Translations under genes and position numbers: made by a program
Notes under the pieces: generated by a model
What the model was told of the DNA's origin: nothing
The model's input: only the letters and a program-made list of their open reading frames with translations
The model's database searches: none
NCBI GenBank assembly: GCA_023701205.1
Contig: JAMPXJ010000012.1
Coordinates: 8,797 to 72,796 of the forward strand
Reading direction: 5' to 3'
Origin: Oligoflexia bacterium
GTDB taxonomy: Bacteria; Bdellovibrionota; UBA1018
DNA: 64,000 nucleotides
Part shown: positions 9,791-18,473 of the stretch, in pieces
Layout of the letters: each line of letters opens with the position of its first letter
Numbering within the stretch: the stretch's first letter is position 1

Positions 9791-10708
9791 CTACTCGTGC
9801 CGCGCCAGCTGGCTGCGCAGCGTCTCCAGGACCTTGAGCGCGGCAGGTGCATGGCTGCGCCCCTCGAGATAGGCCACGCTGATGGCGTTCTTGAGCGGCT
9901 TGCCGCAGCCCTTGAAAATATGAAGCGGTTCGCCCTCCTTCAACAGCTTGGAGACGAGGTGCATGGGTAACACGCCCGCGCCGGCGTTCGTGAGAATGAG
10001 GCGTGCGATCCCCTGGACGTCCATGACCGTGGCGCGGACATTGAGGCTGATATTGCGCGCGCTCAGGTGATGCGCGAACCACATGCGCAGAATCGGCTCG
10101 CCTTCCTGGTACTCCACGAAGTCCAGCGTCTCGAAGAATTTGCGGGTGTTTTTCGGAGCAGGCTTTTCGGAAAGATAACGTTGGCTCGCGCAAAGCTCCA
10201 GGAGCTCGTCATAAACCTTCTCGGTTCGGATGCGGCGGTCCATCCGGAACTCGTCGACAAAGGCGAAATCCAGTTCGCCACGCAGCAGGAGCTCGTTCAT
10301 CGCCGAGGCGAAACCCAGCCTGACCTTGAAGCGGATCAGGGGATACTGCCGGGATAGCCCGGCGAGCAACGGGATCACGAGGTTGTTGCCGAACTCGATG
10401 GGCATGCCGATCGCCACGGTTCCGGAGAACTGCCGGTCCACGCCCTTGATGTGGGCCAGCGCGCGTTCGAGCTCCTCGAGGCCGCTCGAGCAGCGTCTGA
10501 AAAGCTGCGTGCCATCGCCGGTCGGGACGAGCTTGCGCTGGATTCGGTCAAACAGCTTCACGCCCAGCACGTCCTCGAGAGTCTTCATGTGTTGGCTCAC
10601 GCCGGACTGGGTCAGATGCAGCTCCTGCGCGGCGAGCGTCATGCTGCGGTTCCGGTAAACGCACTCGAAGACCCGCAGGTGATTCAGATTCACGTGGTCG
10701 ATGAGCAT
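9791..10708 (-). CDS. LysR family transcriptional regulator
   Basis: HTH SMTLAAQELHLTQSGVSQHMKTLEDVLGVKLFDR. Confidence 0.95.
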   Translation of the reverse strand: MLIDHVNLNHLRVFECVYRNRSMTLAAQELHLTQSGVSQHMKTLEDVLGVKLFDRIQRKLVPTGDGTQLFRRCSSGLEELERALAHIKGVDRQFSGTVAIGMPIEFGNNLVIPLLAGLSRQYPLIRFKVRLGFASAMNELLLRGELDFAFVDEFRMDRRIRTEKVYDELLELCASQRYLSEKPAPKNTRKFFETLDFVEYQEGEPILRMWFAHHLSARNISLNVRATVMDVQGIARLILTNAGAGVLPMHLVSKLLKEGEPLHIFKGCGKPLKNAISVAYLEGRSHAPAALKVLETLRSQLARHE

Positions 10709-10716
10709 CGATGCCC

Positions 10717-12063
10717 TCAGGGTTTGGCCGGCGCAGCGCTCTTGAGCGAAAGCGCCCGACCCTCGGCGCCCGGCAGGCGCAGCCCGAGCGCCTGGGCGAT
10801 GGTGGGCCCGACATCCACCAGCCGGACCGTTCCGAGCACCTTTCCCGGGGTGGCGCAGGAGCCCGCCGCGAGGAAGCTGGTGTGGATCCCGGGGGTGTCT
10901 GGCGCGAAGCCGTGTTCGCCGTGCGGGTGAGGCAGCGTTTCAAGCAGGGAGCCCGTGAGCCGCGACCCCATTCCGGCACCCGAAACCGGCTCGAGCGCGA
11001 CGAAAGCGTCGGGAAAAGCTCCCATTCCGTCGAGCGCCCGGCGGTCGACGATCCGGTAGTTCCCTTGGGAGTGCTTGCGCAGGAGCCGGAGCACCCGGGG
11101 AGCGAGGGCCGGTTCGCGCACGTAGATGCTGGCCTGCGCGCCATTGAGGTCGGCGATGACCTTCCAGCTGGCGAGTTTTCCGTCAGGAGCGGTCGTGAGC
11201 CAGCCTTCGCGGGCGAAAAGCGTGTTGATATGGATGAGCCGGCTGACGTCGGCGAAGCCGTGATCGCCCACGATGAAAAGGCAGTCGCGTTCGAGGTCAA
11301 GCTCGTCGGTAAGACGCTTGACGAGCCGATCCAGGCTTCGCCAGGCCTCGCGGGATTGCAGGGAGTCCTTCCCATGGAAGTGCTGCTCCAGGTCTCCGTG
11401 GGCGAGATGGAGGAGAAGAAGGTCCGGACGGGCCCGGCGCAGCAGGTGGCGCGCGGCCTCGGTCATCCACTCGTCTTTCTGCAGGGTGCCCGTAAAGCCG
11501 GTTCCGACCGCGGAAGCGAGCTCCCGCATGATCTCCGGGCGGGTTCGGCGCTCGGTCTCGGCCCAGATCGCCTCGGGCGCGAAGGTGTCGCGTGGAAAGA
11601 CTTCCGGTACGACCCATTCGGCATCGGCGCCCGCCGAAACCGGCCAGTTCAGCAGCGCCACGCTCATTCCGGCTTCCTTGGCGGCCTGCCAGAGGGTGGG
11701 AACGCGGATGTCCCGGGCATCCCAGTACCAGGCGGTCGTCGGTCCTTCGCCCATAGTGAAGATTCGGTTGCCCAAGACACCGTGTCGGCTGGGAGAGGCG
11801 CCCGTGGCGAGCGTCGTATGGCTGGGATAAGTGACGGAAGGATAAACCGGTATCACGTCCAATGAAAACGCCCCTCGCGCAAGAAGCGCCTTGATCGCGG
11901 GAGTCTCAAAGGTCGAGTCGGTAAGGAATTCCTTTCGAAGCGCGTCGAGCGACAGGATGACTGTGCGAGGGCGCCCGGAAGACGCGACGCCGCCGCCCGG
12001 CTGGCGAACGGAGGCGCAGCCGAGGAGAAGCGTCATGCTGATCAGAATAACCCGGGCGACCAT
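10717..12063 (-). CDS. Nucleotide pyrophosphatase/phosphodiesterase (alkaline phosphatase superfamily) lipoprotein
   Basis: Lipobox LLGC; SLDALR, PSVTYPSHTTLATG, DxxxH, GDHG and HGEHG motifs. Confidence 0.9.
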   Translation of the reverse strand: MVARVILISMTLLLGCASVRQPGGGVASSGRPRTVILSLDALRKEFLTDSTFETPAIKALLARGAFSLDVIPVYPSVTYPSHTTLATGASPSRHGVLGNRIFTMGEGPTTAWYWDARDIRVPTLWQAAKEAGMSVALLNWPVSAGADAEWVVPEVFPRDTFAPEAIWAETERRTRPEIMRELASAVGTGFTGTLQKDEWMTEAARHLLRRARPDLLLLHLAHGDLEQHFHGKDSLQSREAWRSLDRLVKRLTDELDLERDCLFIVGDHGFADVSRLIHINTLFAREGWLTTAPDGKLASWKVIADLNGAQASIYVREPALAPRVLRLLRKHSQGNYRIVDRRALDGMGAFPDAFVALEPVSGAGMGSRLTGSLLETLPHPHGEHGFAPDTPGIHTSFLAAGSCATPGKVLGTVRLVDVGPTIAQALGLRLPGAEGRALSLKSAAPAKP

Positions 12064-12096
12064 TTCTGCTTATTATGAGTCGCCCGAGCGCAAACC

Positions 12097-13344
12097 TCAA
12101 GCTTTCTTCTTGCCGGTTTCGGGCAGAAGCAAGCCGCCCGCGATCAAGGACCAGCCGAAGAAAGTGAAGATCACGAAGCCGGGCAGGAACGAGCCGGTCT
12201 GGTCCCGTAAAGCTCCGGTGATGACGGGTGCCAGGAACGCGCAGACATAGCCGATGCCGTAATAAACGCCATTGAGCATGGCGAGCTTTTCCGGCGTCAT
12301 GCCCGGGAGCTCCATGCCGATCGTGGTGAGGGGCGAGATCCAGAGGAAAAGGCCGATTCCGAACAGCACCGCGCTCACCTGAAGCAGCAGGAGGTTCGAA
12401 GTGAGGAAAAGCCCGAACGCGGCGACCCCCATGAGTGCCCCAGCGAACAGGATGAGCGGCTTGCGCCGGGGAAGGCGTTGGGTCAGCAGGCCCCCGATCA
12501 CTGCCGAGGGGATCCCGACCATATTGGCCAGTCCGGTGAGGCGCGCGGCCTGCGCGCGATCCATTTCGAACATCTCGCGGTAGAAAGTCGGGAGCCAGGT
12601 ATTGAAAACGAGGTAGAGGCAGAGCGGCCCCGCGGCCGCGAGCGTCAGGAGCCAGACCTCCTTCATTCGCACGATCTCAGCGTAACGGGCCAATGCGCCG
12701 CCCTTTTTGCCCGGGTCAGCAGCCTGTCGCACGAAGGGCGTGCGATCCTTGCCGAAAAGCAGCCAGCCCAAAGCGAGAGCGGTGCTGATCACCGCATACG
12801 TGGTCAGGGTGCCCGTGCGGCCGTAGGCCTGGGCGAGCGGCGGGGTGATGAAAAGCGAAAGCGTGATCCCGGAGTTGACGGCGACGTAGTTGAAGCCGTT
12901 GACCAGGGGCAACTCCTCTTTGGGGAACCACTGCATGATCGCGGAGCCCAGGAGCGTCACCACGACCGCGCCGCCGACGCCAAAAAGCACCCGGGTGGCG
13001 ACGAGCGAACCGTAGTCATTCGTGAAGGGCGAGAGGAGGCTTGCGCAGATGCAGAACATCCCGAGCAGCAGGGTGCGGCTCACACCCATGCGTAGCACGA
13101 GCATTCCGGCGACGAACGGGATGAAGATCTTCGCGAACGAAACGGACGAGATGATCATGCCGGCCTTGGCGTGGGTCAGGCCGAACTGGCTCGTGATCTC
13201 TCCCAGGAAGGGCGAATAGCCGATCCAGGATAGACCGAAGACAAAGTAGCTGAAAAAGAGCAGTCCCCAGATCAGGAACCGGTAACGGGGGTGCGCGCTC
13301 GCGCCTGTGGAGGCGTTCAGGGTCAGCGTTCGGGTGTTCGACAT
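12097..13344 (-). CDS. MFS transporter (CynX/NimT-like)
   Basis: About 12 hydrophobic segments; RVLFGVGG, QWFPKEE and GALRDQTGSF motifs. Confidence 0.9.
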   Translation of the reverse strand: MSNTRTLTLNASTGASAHPRYRFLIWGLLFFSYFVFGLSWIGYSPFLGEITSQFGLTHAKAGMIISSVSFAKIFIPFVAGMLVLRMGVSRTLLLGMFCICASLLSPFTNDYGSLVATRVLFGVGGAVVVTLLGSAIMQWFPKEELPLVNGFNYVAVNSGITLSLFITPPLAQAYGRTGTLTTYAVISTALALGWLLFGKDRTPFVRQAADPGKKGGALARYAEIVRMKEVWLLTLAAAGPLCLYLVFNTWLPTFYREMFEMDRAQAARLTGLANMVGIPSAVIGGLLTQRLPRRKPLILFAGALMGVAAFGLFLTSNLLLLQVSAVLFGIGLFLWISPLTTIGMELPGMTPEKLAMLNGVYYGIGYVCAFLAPVITGALRDQTGSFLPGFVIFTFFGWSLIAGGLLLPETGKKKA

Positions 13345-13389
13345 TTCAGCTCCTTGTGCTCGTTCGCCGGGTTTTCGTTCCCGTGTCTC

Positions 13390-14913
13390 TCAGGCGGGCA
13401 GCTCGGCCAGGGCGCGCTTGAGGATCTTCCCGCTGTCGCCTTTGGGAAGCTCTTTGACGAAACGGAAATATTTCGGGATCTTGTATTTTGCGAGATTCCC
13501 CAGGCAATACTCGGCCATCTCCTGCTCGGTGAGCGCCTGGCCCGGATGCAGGGTCAGGAACGCCTTGCCGACCTCGCCCCACCTGGCGTCGGGCACGCCG
13601 ATGACGGCGGCCTCGTGAATTTTCGGATGCGAACGGAGGAACTGCTCGATCTCCGCCGGATAGACGTTCTCTCCGCCGCTGATGTACATGTCTTTCTTGC
13701 GGCCGACGACGTAGAAGTAACCCTCGGCGTCCCGCCGCACGAGATCGCCCGTGCGCAGCCAGCCGTCCTGGATCGTGGCGGCGGTCGCTTCGGGTCGGTT
13801 CCAGTAACCGGCCATGCAGGCGGGTCCGCGCAGCAGGAGCTCGCCGATCTCGTCGGCGCCGGAGAGCTCGCGCCCGTCATTGTCCACGATCTTGACGTCG
13901 ATGTAGAAGTTCGGAAACCCGATGGAGCCGATCTTGCGGATGGAGTCCTCCTCGTTCAAGGAGAAGACGCTCGGGCCGAACTCAGTCAGGCCGTAGCCCT
14001 GGCGGATGGGGATGCCCTTGGCCTCCCAGGTGCGGATGAGGTCCACGGGCATCGGCTCCCCTCCGACGATCGCGTAACGCACGGTCTTGAGGCTCGCTTT
14101 GGTGAATAGGGGAGTGCGGTACATCATGTCCATCATCGTCGGCACGCCGAAGAGGATCGTGACCCCTTCGCTGTCGCAAAGCTGGAGCACGCGCTCGGGA
14201 TCGAACTTGCGAACGAGGATGGATTTGCCGCCCCGGTGCAGCAGCGGGGTCGTGAGGACGTTCCAGCCGCCGGTGTGGAAAAGTGGGAGAAACGCGAGCG
14301 TCACGTCGCTCTGGATGAGGTTCAGGCGGAGGCCCGTGTTGATCGAGTTCCAGAAGACGCTGCCTTGGGTGAGGATCGCGCCCTTCGGGCTGCCGGTCGT
14401 GCCGGAGGTGTAGAGGATCAGGATCGGGGTCTCGGGACCGAAGCCCATCTCGATGAGCGGCCGGTCCTCGGTTGCCGTGAGCGCCGTACTCAGGCTGTCG
14501 TCACCGTCGAAGTGCAGCAGCTGCGCGGGCAGGGCGGCGCGGTCGAGCTTGTCGACGACCTCCTGGAACTGGCGCTGGTGGATCAGGAGCTTGGGCGCGC
14601 TGTCACCCAGGATGTGGGCGATCTCGCGCGGCGCGAGCCGGAAGTTCATCGGCACGAGGATCGCACCGAGGCGCTGGGTCGCGTAAAAGAGCGGGAAGAA
14701 CTCGAGCTCGTTCGTGGCCAGCACCGCGACGCGGTCGCCGGCCCGGATGGCGTACTTGTCCCGCAGGAAATACGCGAGGAAATTGGCCTGCTCCAGCAGC
14801 GCGCGATAGGTGATCTCCCGGCCCGTGTCGGCGTCCTTGAAAGCCACCGCCTCGGGTGAGTAATGGGCCCATCTCTTGAGCCAGTCGGCTTCGAAATACT
14901 GAGAAGCGGTCAT
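13390..14913 (-). CDS. Acyl-CoA synthetase / long-chain fatty acid-CoA ligase
   Basis: YTSGTTGSPKG, GYGLTE, LRTGD, GRKKDMYISGGENVYPAEIE, SGKI. Confidence 0.93.
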   Translation of the reverse strand: MTASQYFEADWLKRWAHYSPEAVAFKDADTGREITYRALLEQANFLAYFLRDKYAIRAGDRVAVLATNELEFFPLFYATQRLGAILVPMNFRLAPREIAHILGDSAPKLLIHQRQFQEVVDKLDRAALPAQLLHFDGDDSLSTALTATEDRPLIEMGFGPETPILILYTSGTTGSPKGAILTQGSVFWNSINTGLRLNLIQSDVTLAFLPLFHTGGWNVLTTPLLHRGGKSILVRKFDPERVLQLCDSEGVTILFGVPTMMDMMYRTPLFTKASLKTVRYAIVGGEPMPVDLIRTWEAKGIPIRQGYGLTEFGPSVFSLNEEDSIRKIGSIGFPNFYIDVKIVDNDGRELSGADEIGELLLRGPACMAGYWNRPEATAATIQDGWLRTGDLVRRDAEGYFYVVGRKKDMYISGGENVYPAEIEQFLRSHPKIHEAAVIGVPDARWGEVGKAFLTLHPGQALTEQEMAEYCLGNLAKYKIPKYFRFVKELPKGDSGKILKRALAELPA

Positions 14914-14952
14914 TTCGTCTGTCCTCCTGTTATTTCGTTCTCCGCCTGGGGG

Positions 14953-15978
14953 TCAGGACCAGCGGATCGCGGCCGCGGCCATGGCCAGCCCGCCGCCCGA
15001 ACCCACGAGCATGATCAGGTCGCCTTTCGCGATGGCGCCTTTTTCGGCGGCATCGGCCAGTGCCATGGGAATGCAGGCGCTGCCGGTGTATCCATACCGG
15101 TCCATGATGTTATGCGCAAGCTCCCGGGAGACACCGAGCTTATCCAACGTCTCGTGGATGCTGCCGATGTTGATCTGGGTGATGAAGTACTTCTTCACCT
15201 CGCTTGCGGGTCGACCCGTCCGGTCGAGCAGCGTGCGGACCAGGCCCGACCAATGGGTGCTGTTGAGATCGAGCGGGATCTTCTTGGCGAAATCCAGAAG
15301 GTGGCGCTTGGCGTCGACCACCTCGCGCGTGACGGGACGGAAGGTGCCGCCGCCGTAGATGCCCATGGAGTCGTGATACTGACCGTCGCTGAAGAGCTGG
15401 GTGGCGAGAACGCCTTCGTCGCCGGAGGTGGGCTGCAGGATCGCGGCTCCCGCGCCATCGGCGAAAAGGCTGGCGATCTTGTAGTCGTCCCAGTTGAGGA
15501 ACTTCGTCATGCCGTAGGCTCCGACGACCAGGATGTTGCGGTAGCGGTCGTCCGCCTGGATGTATTTGGTCCCGATGTCCAACGCGGTCACGAAGCCCGC
15601 GCACGCGGCGTTGATATCGAAGGTTCCCGCGTGCCGTGCCTCAAGCTTGTGCTGCACCACGGAGGCGGTCGAAGGCGAGAGGTAGTCCGGCGTGTCCGTG
15701 GCGACGATGATCAGATCGAGGTCTTTCGCGGTGATGCCGGCCTTTTCCATCGCCCGGCGGGCGGCTGGAACGATGAGATCCGAGGTGGCCTGGTCCTCCG
15801 CCATGAACCGACGCTCGAAGATATTGCGCTTCTCGCGCAGGAAGGTATCGACGTCGACGCCGTATCGTTCGTTGAAATAGCTGTTCGGCACGATCTTCTC
15901 GGGCGCGTACATCCCGATTCCCGCGATTTTCGCGGTGACGCGTGGCAACGTGGCGGCGGTGACTTGGGAATCCTTCAT
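14953..15978 (-). CDS. KAS III (FabH)-like protein with non-canonical active site
   Basis: DINAACAGF (catalytic Cys) and LFADGAGA; HQAN replaced by TQIN, GNTS replaced by GYTG. Confidence 0.88.
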   Translation of the reverse strand: MKDSQVTAATLPRVTAKIAGIGMYAPEKIVPNSYFNERYGVDVDTFLREKRNIFERRFMAEDQATSDLIVPAARRAMEKAGITAKDLDLIIVATDTPDYLSPSTASVVQHKLEARHAGTFDINAACAGFVTALDIGTKYIQADDRYRNILVVGAYGMTKFLNWDDYKIASLFADGAGAAILQPTSGDEGVLATQLFSDGQYHDSMGIYGGGTFRPVTREVVDAKRHLLDFAKKIPLDLNSTHWSGLVRTLLDRTGRPASEVKKYFITQINIGSIHETLDKLGVSRELAHNIMDRYGYTGSACIPMALADAAEKGAIAKGDLIMLVGSGGGLAMAAAAIRWS

Positions 15979-16231
15979 GATGCTCTCCGTTCAGGTGAGC
16001 CCAACCTAGTCCATCGCGTCCCGCGAACAAGTTTCGGCGAGCCGGTTCCGCCTTTTTGACCGGAACGGCCCCTTCGGTACCGAATTTTTATACTGCCGAA
16101 ATCGAGCGATGAATGATGGTTTTGTTCGGGAAAATTTGCGAAAAATCCACGAAATCCTGCCCCCGACCCTTCAGACATCCAACCCAGCCCGGGGGACGGC
16201 AGGCTCGCGGGCAATTAAGGCGGAAAAGAAA

Positions 16232-16981
16232 ATGAAGAACCTGACTTTCAATTACAAGGACAAGGCTGCAGTGGTCACCGGCGGCGCCCAAGGTATCGGC
16301 TTCGAGATCGCCAGGAGCTTTCTCGCCGCGGGAGCGAAGGTTTCGATCTGGGATTACTCGACGGAAGCGCTTGCGGCCGCGAAGAGCGAGCTGAAGGAGT
16401 TCGGCGATCGGGTGCATTTCGCCCAGGCGGACGTGACCAAGACGGCTTCCTGCGCCGCGGCGGCCGCCGAGGTGCCTTTCAAAGTGGAAATCCTGGTCAA
16501 CAACGCGGGGATCACCCGGGACAAGAGCTTCGCGAAGATGACGTCGGAGGACTTCGAAGCCGTGATCAGCACCAATCTCACGGGGCTTTTCAACGTGACC
16601 AAGAGCCTCACGGAGAAGTTCAACGGCGATAGCAGCCACAAGCGCATCATCAACATTTCGAGCGTGGTGGCCCTCTACGGGAACTTCGGCCAGACCAACT
16701 ACGTCGCCGCGAAGGCGGGCGTCATCGGCTTGACGAAGACCTGGGCGCGCGAGCTCGGCCGCAAGGGTTTCACGGTGAACGCCGTGGCTCCCGGGTTCAC
16801 CCGCACCGCGATGGTGGCCAAGATGCCACCCGAAGTGCTCAAGTCCATGACCGACAAGGTTCAGGTGGGTCGGATCGGCGAGACTTCGGATATCGCCAAT
16901 GCCTGCCTCTTCCTCGCTTCGGATGAGGCCGGCTACATCAACGGCACAACCCTGAGCGTCGATGGCGGCCTCGTGATCTGA
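16232..16981 (+). CDS. 3-oxoacyl-ACP/CoA reductase (FabG/PhaB-like SDR)
   Basis: TGGAQGIG, NNAGITRD, YVAAK, VAPGF. Confidence 0.92.
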   Translation: MKNLTFNYKDKAAVVTGGAQGIGFEIARSFLAAGAKVSIWDYSTEALAAAKSELKEFGDRVHFAQADVTKTASCAAAAAEVPFKVEILVNNAGITRDKSFAKMTSEDFEAVISTNLTGLFNVTKSLTEKFNGDSSHKRIINISSVVALYGNFGQTNYVAAKAGVIGLTKTWARELGRKGFTVNAVAPGFTRTAMVAKMPPEVLKSMTDKVQVGRIGETSDIANACLFLASDEAGYINGTTLSVDGGLVI

Positions 16982-17011
16982 GCCGAATTCCAAGGCTGGC
17001 CGAGTGAGAGA

Positions 17012-17046
17012 ACCGCCGTTTCCGCCGCGTTCGCGGGAGCGGCGGT
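17012..17046 (+). terminator. GC-rich hairpin after the reductase gene, possible terminator
   Basis: ACCGCCGTTTCCGC pairs with GCGGGAGCGGCGGT (with G-U pairs); weak U-tract. Confidence 0.4.
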
Positions 17047-17065
17047 GCTTTATAGTGCTCGCCCT

Positions 17066-17140
17066 CCGCTCCGCGCCTTCGCGCTTCGCTTGACTCCCTC
17101 GCACCCCAGTTCGCCGTCCGCTCTCGCGCCTTCGCGCTTC
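17066..17140. repeat. Two near-identical direct repeats of about 22 bp (REP-like)
   Basis: CCGCTCCGCGCCTTCGCGCTTC at 17066 and CCGCTCTCGCGCCTTCGCGCTTC at 17118. Confidence 0.55.
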
Positions 17141-17353
17141 TCTTGGCCCGCGGGCACCTTCAGAAGGTGTCTTTCGTGGGTGCCTGGACGACACTCAGGA
17201 AGGGATATTCCGGTAACCATCTGCCGGGGTTGGTGCGAGTCGCATCCCAGGGTGGGTCTGGTTCCCGGTTAAGATTGAAAGTTTTTTAAAAAAAGAGTTT
17301 TCATTTTATTTTACTTGGTATAGGTTAAAAAAAATTAAACGGGGAACATAAAA

Positions 17354-17647
17354 ATGAAAATCAAGACAACTCGGAAAATCACGGTTCAAGACACGGCGCG
17401 CATTCTTCGTGGTGTGCGCAAGCAGCTGAAGCTGACTCAGGTAATCGTCTCCAAGAAGATGGGGATCTCCCAGGGCTCGCTTTCCAAGATGGAAACCGCC
17501 AAGGCCGAACCCTCCGCCATCCAGTGGATGGAGTTCTGCCGCACTACGGGCATCCCGACCGACGCGCTTTTCCGCGACGATTTCAACATCGGCGCGCTGA
17601 AGCCCATCAACGAGAAGGGACGCAAGGCCGCGGGCAAGCGCCTCTGA
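17354..17647 (+). CDS. XRE/Cro-family HTH transcriptional regulator
   Basis: LTQVIVSKKMGISQGSLSKMETAKAEP; AT-rich upstream region; own terminator. Confidence 0.88.
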   Translation: MKIKTTRKITVQDTARILRGVRKQLKLTQVIVSKKMGISQGSLSKMETAKAEPSAIQWMEFCRTTGIPTDALFRDDFNIGALKPINEKGRKAAGKRL

Positions 17648-17668
17648 GCGCTTTCTGATCGGAAACTG

Positions 17669-17705
17669 AAAGGGTCGTCCGGTTCGCCGGGCGGCCCTTT
17701 TTTTT
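17669..17705 (+). terminator. Rho-independent terminator
   Basis: AAAGGGTCGTCCGG-TTCG-CCGGGCGGCCC followed by 8 T. Confidence 0.85.
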
Positions 17706-17765
17706 CTGGTGCACCCGGCACGTCGCCCAACGCAGAGGGCTTGCAGGAAGCCGGATGGCCGCTCG

Positions 17766-18473
17766 TCAGGCTTCGGCCGGAGCCCTGGCTGCGCTCGGGA
17801 CCGTCAGAAGCGCATAGCCGTCAGGAGGCACGAACCGGATCTCGATACCCAGCTTGGAAAGTTTCTTTCGAAGATGGAACAGATGCACGTCCAACGTCTT
17901 CGCGGTCACTGTCACCCCGCTCCAGACCTCTGACAGCAGATGCTTGCGTGAGACGCAGTCGCCGCGCGCGCTGTGCAGCAGCGAGAAGATGCGGAGCTCC
18001 TTGGCCGTGAGCTGCACCGAGGCGGAGTTATCCCTCTTTACGGTCAGGTTCGACGCATCCAGGACGACCCCCGATTGCCCGTCCGGGGAGGCATTCTCGC
18101 GGCTCTTGAGGATGCGCTCCACCTTCACTACGAGCTCGTTCTTGGTAAAGGGCTTGGTCAGGTAGTCCAGGGCGCCGTCCTCGAAGCAGGCGCGAAGGAT
18201 GTCCAGGTCGTCCACGGAGGAGACGATGATGAAGGGAGAGCGGATCAGCTCGACATTTTTTTCGTTGCTGATGAAGTCGAGGAAATTGTCTTCGGCCAAT
18301 CGCAGGTCGGCGATGACGAGGTCCGGGCGATAAGGCTTATCCGAAAGTGTTTGCAGGAACTCCCCGAGCGTCGGGAAGAACTCGAGGCGATAGCGAAGCC
18401 CGAGAACCTCTTCGAAAACGAAGCGCGCGCCGGCCTCGTCTTCCAGAACCCAGATGGTCTTCTCCGTTTTCAA
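17766..18473 (-). CDS. OmpR-family response regulator
   Basis: WVLEDE, VIADLRL, LTKPF; winged helix LTAKE...TLDVHLFHLRKKL; TTG start overlaps kinase stop. Confidence 0.9.
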   Translation of the reverse strand: MKTEKTIWVLEDEAGARFVFEEVLGLRYRLEFFPTLGEFLQTLSDKPYRPDLVIADLRLAEDNFLDFISNEKNVELIRSPFIIVSSVDDLDILRACFEDGALDYLTKPFTKNELVVKVERILKSRENASPDGQSGVVLDASNLTVKRDNSASVQLTAKELRIFSLLHSARGDCVSRKHLLSEVWSGVTVTAKTLDVHLFHLRKKLSKLGIEIRFVPPDGYALLTVPSAARAPAEA

